A program made the translations under genes and the position numbers. Below are positions 23,869 through 35,664 of a DNA stretch of 46,307 nt, one piece after another. The stretch's first letter is position 1. Every line of letters starts with the position of its first letter. The notes below the pieces were generated by a model that worked only from the letters and a program-made list of their open reading frames with translations, was not told the origin of the DNA and ran no database searches. The DNA is from Octopus bimaculoides (Eukaryota): positions 173,991,654-174,037,960 of the forward strand of contig NC_068982.1 of NCBI RefSeq assembly GCF_001194135.2. The letters are read 5' to 3'.

Positions 23869-26800
23869 CGAACGAACGAAAGAACGAAAGAATGTTCGTA
23901 CGTACGTACAAATGAACGAGCGAACGAACGAAAGAACGAACGAACGAACGAACGAATGAACATACATACGTACGTACGTACGACCGAACGAACGAACGAA
24001 CGAACGCATGTACATACGACCGAACGTAGGAAGGAGCGAACGAGCAAACGAACGTACATACGTGCGAATGAACGTTCGTACGTAAAAATGAATGAACGTA
24101 CGTACGTACGAACGAATGAACGAAAGAACGAACGAACGAACTAAAGAATGAAGGCACATACGTACGTACGTACGAACGAACGAACGAACGAACGTACGTA
24201 CGAATCAACTAACAAACGAACGAACGAACGAAAGAACTAACGAACGAGTGAACGAACGAAAGTATGTACGGACGCAAGTAAGAAGGAACGAACGAACGAA
24301 CGAACGAACAAACGAACGAACGAACAAACGAACGTACGTATGTACGTACGTACGAACGAACGAACGATCAAACGAAAAATCGAAAGAACGATCGTACGTA
24401 CGTACCTACGTGTGTACGAACGCACGAACGTACGTACGTACGTACGAACGAAGGAAGGAAAGTACGTACATACGTAATTACGTACGTACGAACAAACTAA
24501 CGAAGGTACGAACTAAATAACGAACAAACGAACGAACTGACGAACGAACGAACGAACGTACGTGCGTACCTACGAATGAACGAACGAACGAACGAAAGAA
24601 CGAACAAACGAACGAACGTACGTAAGTACGTACGTACAAACGAACGAACGAACGAACAAGTGAACGAACGAATAAACGAAAAAAGAATGAACGTAGGTAC
24701 GTATGTACGTCCGAACGAACGAACGTTCGTACGTACGAAAGAACGAATGATCAAACGTACGAACGAACGAACGAACGAACGATCAAACGAACGAACAAAC
24801 GTACGAAATAACGAACAAAAGAACTAACGAACGAGCAAACCAATGTAACAACGTAAGTACGTACGAACGACTGAACGAACTGACGAACGAACGAACGAAA
24901 GTACGTGCGTACATACGAATGAACGAACGAACGAACGAAAGAACGAACGAACGAACGGAAGAACGAATGAACGTACGTACGTACGTACAAAAAATCGAAC
25001 GAACAAACGAACGAACGAATGTACGAAAAAAAGAATGAACGTTCGTACGTACGTCCGAAAGAACGAACGAACGTTCGTACGTACGAAGGAACGAACGATC
25101 AAACGAATGCACGAAAAACGTACGTACATTGTACGTAGTGCGTACGTACATTGTACGTAGTGCGTACGTACGTACGAACGAACGAACGAACGAACGTACG
25201 TACGTACGTAAGAACGAAAGAACAAACGAACGATCAAAGGAACGTACGTACGAACGAACGAACGAACTTACATACGAAATCATTACGTACGAACGAACGA
25301 ACGAAAGAACTGACCAAAGAGCGAAAGAACGAACGTACGAACTACCGAAGAAACGAACGAAGGAACGAACGAACATACATACGTACATACGTACGTACAT
25401 ACGTACGTACATCCGGACGAAAGAAAGAACGTACGTTTATACGAAGGAACGAACGATCAGACGAACGGACGAACGAACGAACAAAAGAAAGATCGAACAA
25501 ACGAAAGAACGATCGTACGTACGTACCTAGGTAGGTATGTACGAACGTACGAACGTACGTACGTACGTACAAACGAACGAACGTACGAACGAGCGAGCGG
25601 ACGAACGTACGTACGAAAGAACGAACGAACGACAGACAGAACGTACGTACATACGTAGGTAACGAACGTACGTACGAAAGAACGAATGAAAGAACATACA
25701 TACGAAATTACGTACGTACGAACGAAAGAAGTAACGAATGAGCGAACGAACGCCCGTACGTACGTTCGTACGAACGAACCAACGAACCAACGAATGAATG
25801 AACAAACGAACGAACGAACGAAAGAACGAACGAACGAGCGTACGTACGAATGTACGTACGTACAAACGAACGAACGTACGAATACATGAAAAAAGTATGA
25901 ACGTACGTACGTACGTCCGAAAGAACGAACGAACGTTCATACGTACGAAGTAACGAACGGTCAAACGAACGAACGAACTTACGAGCATAGAAAATACGTG
26001 CGAACGTACGCACGAATGGACGAACGAACGAACCAATGAAGGAACGTACGTACGTACCTACGAACGAAACAACGAACGAACGTTCAGACGAACGTACGTA
26101 CGTAAGTACGTACGTATGAATGAAAGAACAAACGTACACACGTAATTAAGTACGTACGAAGGAACGAACGAACGAACGTACGAAAAAACAATGAACGTAC
26201 GTACTTACGTACGAAAAAACGAACGAACGTTCGTTCGTACGAAGTAACGAACGGTCAAACGAAAGAACCAACGAACGTACGTACATAAAAAGTACGTGCG
26301 AACGTAGGTACGAAAGAACGAACGAATGAACAAACAATAGAATAAACGTACGTGTGTACGTACGAATGAACGAACGAACGAACAAAAGAAAGAATGAACG
26401 AACGTTCGTGCGTACGAAGGAGCGAACGGTCAAAAGAACGAACAAACTGACGTACGTACATAGTACGTACGTGCGAACGTACGTACGTTTAAACGAACGA
26501 ACGAACGAACAAACGAACGTACCAACTGACGAACGATCGAACAAAAGAACTAACGAAAGAGCGAACGAACGTACGTACGTACGCACGTAAGAAATACCGA
26601 ACGAACGAACGAATGAACGTACGTACGTATGTACGTCCGAATAAACGAACGAACGAATGAACGAACGTACGTACGTATGTACGAACGTATGTACGCACAA
26701 ACGAACGAACAAACGAACGAACGAACGTACGTACGTACGAAGGAAGGGACGATCAAACGAACGAACGAACGAACAAACGTACAAAGTACGTACGTGCGTA

Positions 26801-29800
26801 TGTACGTACGTACGAAGGAACGAACGAACGAACAAACGAGCGTACGTACGAACGAAAGAACGAACATACGAACTAACGAACGAACGAACGAACGAAAGAA
26901 CTAACGAACAATCGAACGAACATACGTACGCACGCACGCACGTACGAACTACCAAATGAAAGAACAAACGAATGAACAAACGAAGGATCGAACGAACAAA
27001 AGAACGATCGTACGTACGTACGTATTTACAAACGTACGTACAAGCCAACGGACGAACGAACGCACGAACGATCGAACGAACGAAATAACGGTCGTACGTA
27101 CGTATATACGAACATACGTACAAACGAACGAACGAACGAACATACGAACGTAGTACGTACGTGAGTACGAACGAACGTACGTGCGTACGCAATTACGAAA
27201 GAACGAACGAAAGAACGAACGAATGAACGACCGAAAGAATGAACAGACGTACGTACGTCTGAAAAAACGAACGAACGTTCGAACGTACGAGGGAACGAAC
27301 AATCAAACGAAAGAACGAACGTAAGAAATTACGTACGGAAAATCGAACGAACGAAAGAACGACCTACGTACGTACGTACGTAAGTACGAACGTATGTACG
27401 TACAAATGAACGAACAAACAAACGGACTTACGTACATACGGACGGACGAACGAATGGACGAACGAACGAACGTACGTACGTTCCAAGAAGCGAACGAACA
27501 AACGAACGAACGAACGCACGTACATATTACGTACGTATGAACGAACGAACGAATGAACGAACGAACGAATGAACGAGCGAACGTACATACGTATTTACGT
27601 ACGTATGAGCGAACGAACGAACGTACGAATGAACGAACGAACGAACAAAAGAACTAACGAACGAGCGAACGAACGAACGTACGTACGTACGTACGTACGA
27701 ACGAACGAACCAACGAAAGAACTAACGAACGAGTGAACGACCGAACGTACATATGAACGACCGAACGAACTAAGGAACGAACGAACATACGTGTGTAGGT
27801 ACGAATGGCCAAACGAACGAACTAACGAAACAACGAACGAAGGAACGAACATACGTACGTACGTACACACAAACGAACGAACGAAGGAACGAATAAAAGA
27901 AAAAAGAATAAACGTACATATGTACGTCCGAACGAACGAACGAGCAAACGATCAAAAGAACATACGTAATTACGAACGTACGAACATACGAACGAAAGTA
28001 CGAACTAACGAAAGAACAGACGAAAGAACTAACGAACGAGCGAACGAATGTACGTACGTACGCACATACCGACTGCCGCAAGAACTAACGAACGAACGAA
28101 TGAATGAACGAGCGAACGAACGAACGAACGAACGAACGAACGAACGAACGGTCTAACGAAAGTACGTACGTAAGTATGTACGTAGGAACGAATGAACGAA
28201 AGAACGTACATACATAATTACGTAAGTACGAACGAACGAACGTACGAACTAACGAAAGAACAAACGAAAGATCTAAGGAACGAGCGAACGAACGTACGTA
28301 CATACGTAATTACGTACGTACGAACGAATGAACGAACGAACGTACGATCTAACGAACTTAAGAAGTAACAAACGAGCGAACGAACGAACTTACGTACGCA
28401 CGTACGAAATAACGAACGAAAGAATGAACGAACAAAGGAATGAACAAACGTACGTATGTCCGAACAAAAGAACGAACGTACGTACGTACGTACCAAGGAA
28501 GGAACAATCAAACGAACGAACGTACGTACGTATGTACGAACGTACGTACGGACGGACGAACGAATGAACGATCGAACGACCGTACGTACGTTCGATGGAG
28601 TGAACTATCAAACGAACGAACGAACGGACGGACGAACGGACGTATAAAGGGAAAAAAATGAAAGTACGTACGTACGAACGAACGAACGAACGATCACACG
28701 AACGAACGAACGGACGAAAGGAGGAACGAACGTACGAACTAACGAACGAATGAACGGACAAAAGAAGTAACGAACGAGCGAATGAACGTACGAACGTACG
28801 CCCCTACGAACGAACGAACGAACGAACGAATGAACGAAAGAAAGAACGTACGTACGTACGTACGAACGAACGAACGAACGTACATACGTACGTCCGAATG
28901 AACGAAGAAAGGAACGAACGAAGAACAAACGAATGAACGAACAAAAGAATGAACAAACGTACGATTGTATGTACATACAAACGAACGGACGAACGATCGA
29001 ACGAACGAACGATCGAACGAACGAACGATCGAACGAACGTAAAAACGTACCTACGAACGAACGAACGAATGTACATACGTATTTCCGTACATACGAACTA
29101 ACGAACAAATGAACGAAAGAACTAACGAACGAGCGAATGAACGTACGTACGTACGCACGTACGAATTACCGAACTAACGAACGAACGTACGATCGAACGA
29201 ACGTACGATCGAACGAACGTATGTACGTACGTACGAACAAACGAAAGAACGAACGTACGAATTAACGAACGAATGACCGAACTAACGAACAAGCGAACGA
29301 ACCTACGTGCGTACCTACGAATGAACGAACGAACGAATGAACGAAAGAACGAACGAACGAACGTACGTACGTACAAACAAACGAGTGAAAGAACGAACGA
29401 ACGAAAGAACGGACGAACGAACGAAAGAATTAACGAACGAGCGAACGAACGTACGTACGTACGAACGTATGAACGTACGTACGTACGAACGTATGAACGT
29501 ACGTACGTACGAACGTACGAACGAACAAACGAACAAACGAACCAACGAATGAACGTACGTACGTACGAACGAACGAACGAACGTACGAACGTACGAACTA
29601 ACGAACCAACGAACGAAAGAACTAACGAACGAGCGAACGAACGTACGTACATAGGCTCGTACGAACGTACGTACATAGGCTCGTACGTACTACCGAACCA
29701 ACTAACAAACGAACGAACGTACGTACTGAGGAACGAAGAAACAAACGAAAGATCGAACGAACGAACGAACGATCGTTCGTACGAACGTACGTATAAACGA

Positions 29801-30380
29801 ACGAACGAACGGACGGACGAACGCTCGTTCGAACGAACGGACGGACGAACGTTTGTACGAAAGAACGAACGTTTGTACGAACGAACGAACGAACGATCGA
29901 ACGAACGTACGTACGAAGAACCGAACGAACGAACGAGTGAACAAACAAAAAATAACAAACGTGCGTCCGTCCGAACGAACGAACGTACGTACGTAAGTAC
30001 GATGGAACGAAGGATCAAAAAACGAAGGAACGTACGAAGGTACGTACGGAAAATCGAACGAACGAAAGAACAATCGTACGTACGTATGTACGAACGTACG
30101 TACGTACAAACGAACGAACGAACGAACGAACGGACGAACGTACGTACGGACGAACGAATGAACGAACGAACGAACGAACGTACGGACTAACGATCGAACG
30201 AACGAACGAACGAACTAACGAACGAGCGAACCAACGTACGTACGTCCGACTAAACGAACGAACGAACGAGCAAAAGAATGAACAAACGTACGTACGTACG
30301 AACGAAGGAAGGCACGTACGTACGTACGAAGGAACGTTCGATCAAACGAAGGATCAAACGTACGAACGTACGTACGAAAG
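23869..30380. repeat. Approximately 6.5-kb CpG-rich complex satellite of (AACG)n and (TACG)n tetramers with higher-order modules
   Basis: Continuous gap-free array; AACG on one strand throughout; recurrent diagnostic variants (gaaagaactaacgaacgagcg, gtccga, gatcaaacg). Confidence 0.97.
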
Positions 30381-30513
30381 TTTGGACTGCCCAGCAACGA
30401 ATTCTTCTGCAATTTTAGAACTTACAAATTTAGCTTCATAAGACGCTAACGTTGAATTCAACTTTACGATGAAAGTAAACAAAGTTTGTTTGTTTTTTTT
30501 TTTAATTTTTGTT

Positions 30514-30599
30514 AGAAGTTTAGTTTAATGGTAAAACACTTGACGCGTAATCACAGAGATGTGAGTTCGAGTCGCATGGCTGGCCGGTAACGTATTTTT
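30514..30599 (+). pseudogene. Decayed tRNA-Thr(CGU)-like sequence (pseudogene or SINE head)
   Basis: D-arm gttt/aaac with aatggt loop; anticodon arm cttga-cgCGTaa-tca(c)ag; T-loop gttcgagt; 3' ggctggcc; T5 at 30595-30599. The 5' acceptor strand is mismatched and U33 is lost. Confidence 0.6.
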
Positions 30600-30708
30600 C
30601 TGCAATATATTGAGAATTTTTCCTCATCACGCTATTTTATAGCATTATCATGCGTTTGAGAAATAAATTTATTTATTTCTGCATGTTATATATATATATA
30701 TATATATA

Positions 30709-31430
30709 TTGGAAGTACAGTAAATTTTGAGAGTAGTTTTGATGGCAATATCAATTTTAGATTATCTAAGGCTGCAAAAGCTTTTGGAAAACTTTCCCAT
30801 AGTTTGTAGGATGAACACGGTATCGGTCTGAAAACTAAAAATAATTGTATAAATTTTTGTTTTTTGGACCACTCTTTTGTATGAGGTAGAATCATGGACT
30901 CCCTGTACTACAGGCATATAAAGAGGCTTGATACCTATTACATGTGCTGTTTGCGCAATATATGCATCATAAAATGACAAGATATGGTATCAAGTGTCAA
31001 AATCTTAGAAAAATGTGACACCTTCAGTATCCAAAGCATGATGCTGAGAATTCAGTGCAGATGAGTAGCACATGTTCGAATGAAAGACGATTGCATTACT
31101 AGAATTCCTCTGTATGGTCAACAAGCGGGAAGGTGATATCGCGATAAAGGGAAACCTGTCCTTAGCTATAAGGATAAGTTGAAGCAATCACTACAATCTC
31201 TAAATATTGTGAAAGTTATCTGGATCGATCTGCAAGGCGTAAAATGTGTCGATACATCAAAACAATTTGAGGTGAAAAAACAAAAGAACAATAAAAGAAT
31301 TATATCCTGTAATCGACAGACGCATTTGTCCAATCCCAAGCAAAATCAAAATCATCAATGTCCCCATTGTGACTTCATAAAAAAATCGATACCAGGACTG
31401 AAATTGCATTCACGCATCCATCACAAATAG
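30709..31430 (+). mobile_element. RTE (BovB-like) LINE 3' fragment with C-terminal C2H2 zinc finger, pseudogenised
   Basis: Translates across stops and frameshifts as GSTV..RLSKAAKAFGKL..TTLLYEVESWT..CLRNICIIK*QD..HV.RMKD..PLYG..KDKLKQSL..CPHCDFIKKSIPGLKLHSRIH. Confidence 0.9.
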
Positions 31431-31483
31431 ATGCAGCTTCTTTTGTTCTTCTATTTTTAAAGACCGTTTATTCTCTTCCCAAT

Positions 31484-31510
31484 CTCTCACTCTCTCTTTC
31501 TCTCTCTCGC

Positions 31511-31558
<48 letters not shown>
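31484..31558. repeat. (CT)n microsatellite before an N gap (31559-32134)
   Basis: Visible run. Confidence 0.95.
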
Positions 31559-32181
31559 NNNNNNNNNNNNNNNNNNNNNNNNNNNNNNNNNNNNNNNNNN
31601 NNNNNNNNNNNNNNNNNNNNNNNNNNNNNNNNNNNNNNNNNNNNNNNNNNNNNNNNNNNNNNNNNNNNNNNNNNNNNNNNNNNNNNNNNNNNNNNNNNNN
31701 NNNNNNNNNNNNNNNNNNNNNNNNNNNNNNNNNNNNNNNNNNNNNNNNNNNNNNNNNNNNNNNNNNNNNNNNNNNNNNNNNNNNNNNNNNNNNNNNNNNN
31801 NNNNNNNNNNNNNNNNNNNNNNNNNNNNNNNNNNNNNNNNNNNNNNNNNNNNNNNNNNNNNNNNNNNNNNNNNNNNNNNNNNNNNNNNNNNNNNNNNNNN
31901 NNNNNNNNNNNNNNNNNNNNNNNNNNNNNNNNNNNNNNNNNNNNNNNNNNNNNNNNNNNNNNNNNNNNNNNNNNNNNNNNNNNNNNNNNNNNNNNNNNNN
32001 NNNNNNNNNNNNNNNNNNNNNNNNNNNNNNNNNNNNNNNNNNNNNNNNNNNNNNNNNNNNNNNNNNNNNNNNNNNNNNNNNNNNNNNNNNNNNNNNNNNN
32101 NNNNNNNNNNNNNNNNNNNNNNNNNNNNNNNNNNTACACACATATATGTATGTATGTATATATGTGTGTGTATGTATGTAT

Positions 32182-32292
32182 GTCATTATTCAGTTTTATT
32201 TCAAAATTTCTCACCAATAGAGAAAGAACCGGTTTCTAGCCAAGATCGAAGGCTCCATCATTGGAATTTCAAGAGTAACAACAAGATATTTG
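32182..32292 (+). repeat. Short dispersed repeat core embedded in (TATG)n, copy 1
   Basis: cattattcagttttatttcaa..ccaatag.gaaaga.ccggtttcta..cattggaatttcaa; reverse-complement homolog at 41114-41204. Confidence 0.85.
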
Positions 32293-33603
32293 TGTTTGTA
32301 TGTATGTATGTATGTATGTATGTATGTATGTACGTATGTATGCATGTATGTATGTATGCATGCATGCATGTATGTATGTATGTACGTATGTATGTATGTA
32401 TGTATGTATGTATGTATATGTATGCATGTATGTATGTATGTATCCATCCACATATATGCATATGCATATATGAAATTCTATCTAAGTACTTTCACAGTAC
32501 ACGTATGTAGGGTGTCTATATATGTGCGTATATGTATGCGTGCATGTGTTTAAAATTGGAGTAATCTTATCAACGCTCGGTAAACCAGCACGATTTCAGA
32601 CAAGACACATTGCTGCATCAGCGAGGGTTTTGGAACTCAAATTACTTGCGATTGAAAGCCCAAACAGGATTAACACAGCCATATCAGACACCGTATAACA
32701 ATTGATGCATACAATATGACTATGAAACATTTGTAGATGCCATAATTTGCGAAATATCACTTTTACAGCATTACAATAATAATAATAACCATTATGATCA
32801 TTATAATTTTTTCCATAAATTTCCGGAATTTGTAGAATCCTCTTTAGTTGAAATCTCGAAAGATATGAAAAGCTGAAAGCAACAACTCAAAAGGTGACAG
32901 AGTATCAAAGTGGAATGGATTAACTGTCAACGTTGAACGGTTACATGCTCGTTATATCAAATGTGGAAGAAATTTCACACTGATGTAAAAATGTAAATAA
33001 AAAAAATTGACGTAAGTTTTATGTTTTTTTTTTCTTTGTGTGTTTATTTGTCTGTAGGTATACTTGTGTGTTTTATGACATGTTTTAGTGCTTTCATAAC
33101 GATAATGAACTTTGTGATGTTTTTACGATATTTTTGTGAGGGATATAAATTTTATGATGTAATTTTTATGACGATGATGAATGGAACATCCAAATTATAT
33201 TCAACATTTCAAAACGATATGAAACTAAATTCAATTTATTCTTGCGGTGAAACTAGTCTCCATTCATCATCGGCGATTCATTTATCATGTATAGAGAGGA
33301 AAACGCCCAGCACATATTTTATGAGAAATGGAAATAAAAAAAAAATGCCTTTTGAAACTGCTATGTCTAAGTGCTCCCAATAACCCCACTGCAGATATTC
33401 AGCTTGTGCTCTTCACAATATAATGGGAAAATTTTTACAAACAAACAAATGAAACAAATGAAACAAACAAATAAAAAAGAAGTAAATTTTTTTTAAAAGT
33501 ACATGAACGATCTGTTAAGCTACTGTGATTGTGTGGTCTCCTCGCAAATTCATTTTTGGCATCTTAATTTAATGATAGTATTTCTTTCATTTCTTTACCT
33601 TAT

Positions 33604-33621
33604 ATGTGTGAGTGTGCGTGC

Positions 33622-33670
<49 letters not shown>
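33604..33670. repeat. (TG)n microsatellite
   Basis: Visible run. Confidence 0.95.
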
Positions 33671-33671
<1 letters not shown>

Positions 33672-33907
33672 ATTAATGACAACGATAAAAATAAATGTAG
33701 GAAATGCAATCGATTCATTTAATCTGAAAAGCGCAAGCGAAACGAGAATGGCAGACATTTGAAAGGTAAGAGCTGACTTTGAATTGGAAGAGACGAAATT
33801 TTATGTAACATATACTGTACCGTATTCAAGTTCATGCTATTTGGAAATATCAATTGCTACTCTATTTCAATAGCCCCATTTCTCTCGCTAAATTTCTCCC
33901 TCTATAC

Positions 33908-33942
33908 GTACAAACATACATAATACAAACATACATGCATGC

Positions 33943-33973
<31 letters not shown>

Positions 33974-34011
33974 CATACATACATACATACATACATACAT
34001 ACATACATACA
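33908..34011. repeat. (CATA)n microsatellite
   Basis: Visible run. Confidence 0.95.
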
Positions 34012-35250
34012 TTAGAGTGTGTATTCCAATTATATTTCCATCTCTATAGCCTTGCTCTTTTTCGTCATTCATGTCGTTATGTCAGAATTATTTTTGTCAT
34101 TTCGAATGAATAACGTGTATCGGTGAAGGCTATCTAAGATTAAATTACATTCTGGAAATTCTTTACATTAATGAGGGTAAGAAGCCCTGCATAAAAAAAA
34201 AATGTGCATTCATTTTAATTCTATTCTGTGATGTATTTTTTTTTTGTGGGGCGGCTTTTTTTTTTCTGTTTCAGTGCTCCCACCCATGCCACTGCAGCAA
34301 GGAACCATAAAAATGTTTAATAATTCAAGTCAGGTGTATAGATCGGAAGTTTGATTATTTCTCTTGCTTTATGCGTACCCTGAAATAATGTTTATCAAGC
34401 TATGTTGTTCAAAACATTGTCTGATAGAGACAAGTAAAAACTATTTCAGTACTCACTGCCCACTTCGGTGAAGCATGCAGTCTAAGGGGTGAAATGCGTG
34501 TGAACTTGAGGTACCTGCTGTTGATACGGAAGTGATTTCGATATTACAATGGTTTGAGAAGAGAAGTTCTTGCGATTTCTGCGTAGGGCAAACCATCTCC
34601 GGTGTTTATTTAACCTCATTTATGAGATTAAAACGTAAATGCAAATATACATATCAAGGTAATAATCCTTAAACGAATTCAGCGGAATATATGATTAATT
34701 GTTGTAAGACTTGAGGATGTAATAACTAATGCGTTGATTATTTTTGACAGAATTCAGTTGTTTACTCGTGTCGCATTTTAGCATCTTACATCTTACATCA
34801 AAGATACATTGGTCTAAAACTGCGATTATTAACATGGAGTTTCCACATTTCTTCAACTGTTCTCGCACTTCTTGACAATATTTATTTTTTGATACTGAAC
34901 CGAGCATTAGAAAGATTTCTTCCTATAAGAATATTTTATTCTGACGAGGCGCTTTTCTATGAATACAATTTAGAATTTTGGTACTTTGAGCAGCCGAGCC
35001 ACCTCTAGAAAGAAACTTTCTTGATCACAAAAGTATGATGTTCTGCATTAGACTATTCCATAGCAACTGAATTGAATCCGTGTCTATTGCTTAGTGCCAC
35101 AGATCACGTAAGCGTCTCTCTCCATTCTCATTAATAAATTCCTTTTGAAATTATTTTAAAGTACATGAGGTTTCCCTGACAGATTATGTCTGAGATGAGG
35201 GGAGCACTCAACAATATGTTGTAGAATCTTGTTCATTTCATCTTCTAAAC

Positions 35251-35664
35251 CACTGTTTTTTAACCTGTGTTTTTATTTAATTATTTTTTGTGGCACCTCT
35301 TTTTAAATAGTTGTTATGCCGATCGCGCACCTAAGTGGCCCGTGGGGTATCACGACAAACTAACTTAGCACAGACGGCAATTTATAAATTTTACCCGTCA
35401 AAATGGATTTTATAAGCTTTTAGCTGTGAAATGATAAAACATTGATAAAGACAAAAGTTGTGAATTTACTTCATACATTGCAAGTTTCTGACTTCCCCGT
35501 GCCTGATAAGATCTAACTAAATTTTCTATATCCGGTTCAATGTTAGTCAAAGGAAGTCGTAATTCTCCTCTTTGACTTATTCCAAATTTATTGCGTTGCT
35601 TAATCAGAAATTGAGACACCACACTAAATCCTTTGTATAATATAATTAGTACTATAGGCAACAT
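35251..35664 (-). mobile_element. hAT (Buster/Charlie, ZBED5/ZBED8-like) transposon 3' remnant
   Basis: ORF 35410-35664 contains KGFSVVSQFLIKQRNKFGISQRGELRLPLTNIEPDIENLVRSYQARGS, matching the Buster C-terminal dimerisation motif (ERGFS..L..KQRN.L.I..RGDLRL.LT..EP.I..L...HQ); cactgttttttaacc at 35251 resembles a hAT terminal repeat. Confidence 0.8.

Noticed and set aside
23869-30380. CRISPR-like or code-like repeat-spacer interpretation of the array
   Set aside because: There is no constant repeat with unique spacers, no cas genes, and the context is eukaryotic.
23501-30412. Dozens of long ORFs in the CpG array (e.g. 26146-27192, 348 aa; 29273-30190, 305 aa; RSFV/NERT/YVRT repeats)
   Set aside because: (AACG)n and (TACG)n contain no stop codon in any frame on either strand. 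The ORFs overlap in all frames and show no frame preference, so they are compositional artefacts.
30514-30588. Functional tRNA gene
   Set aside because: The acceptor stem does not pair, position 33 is G and the anticodon stem has an insertion; recorded as a pseudogene instead.
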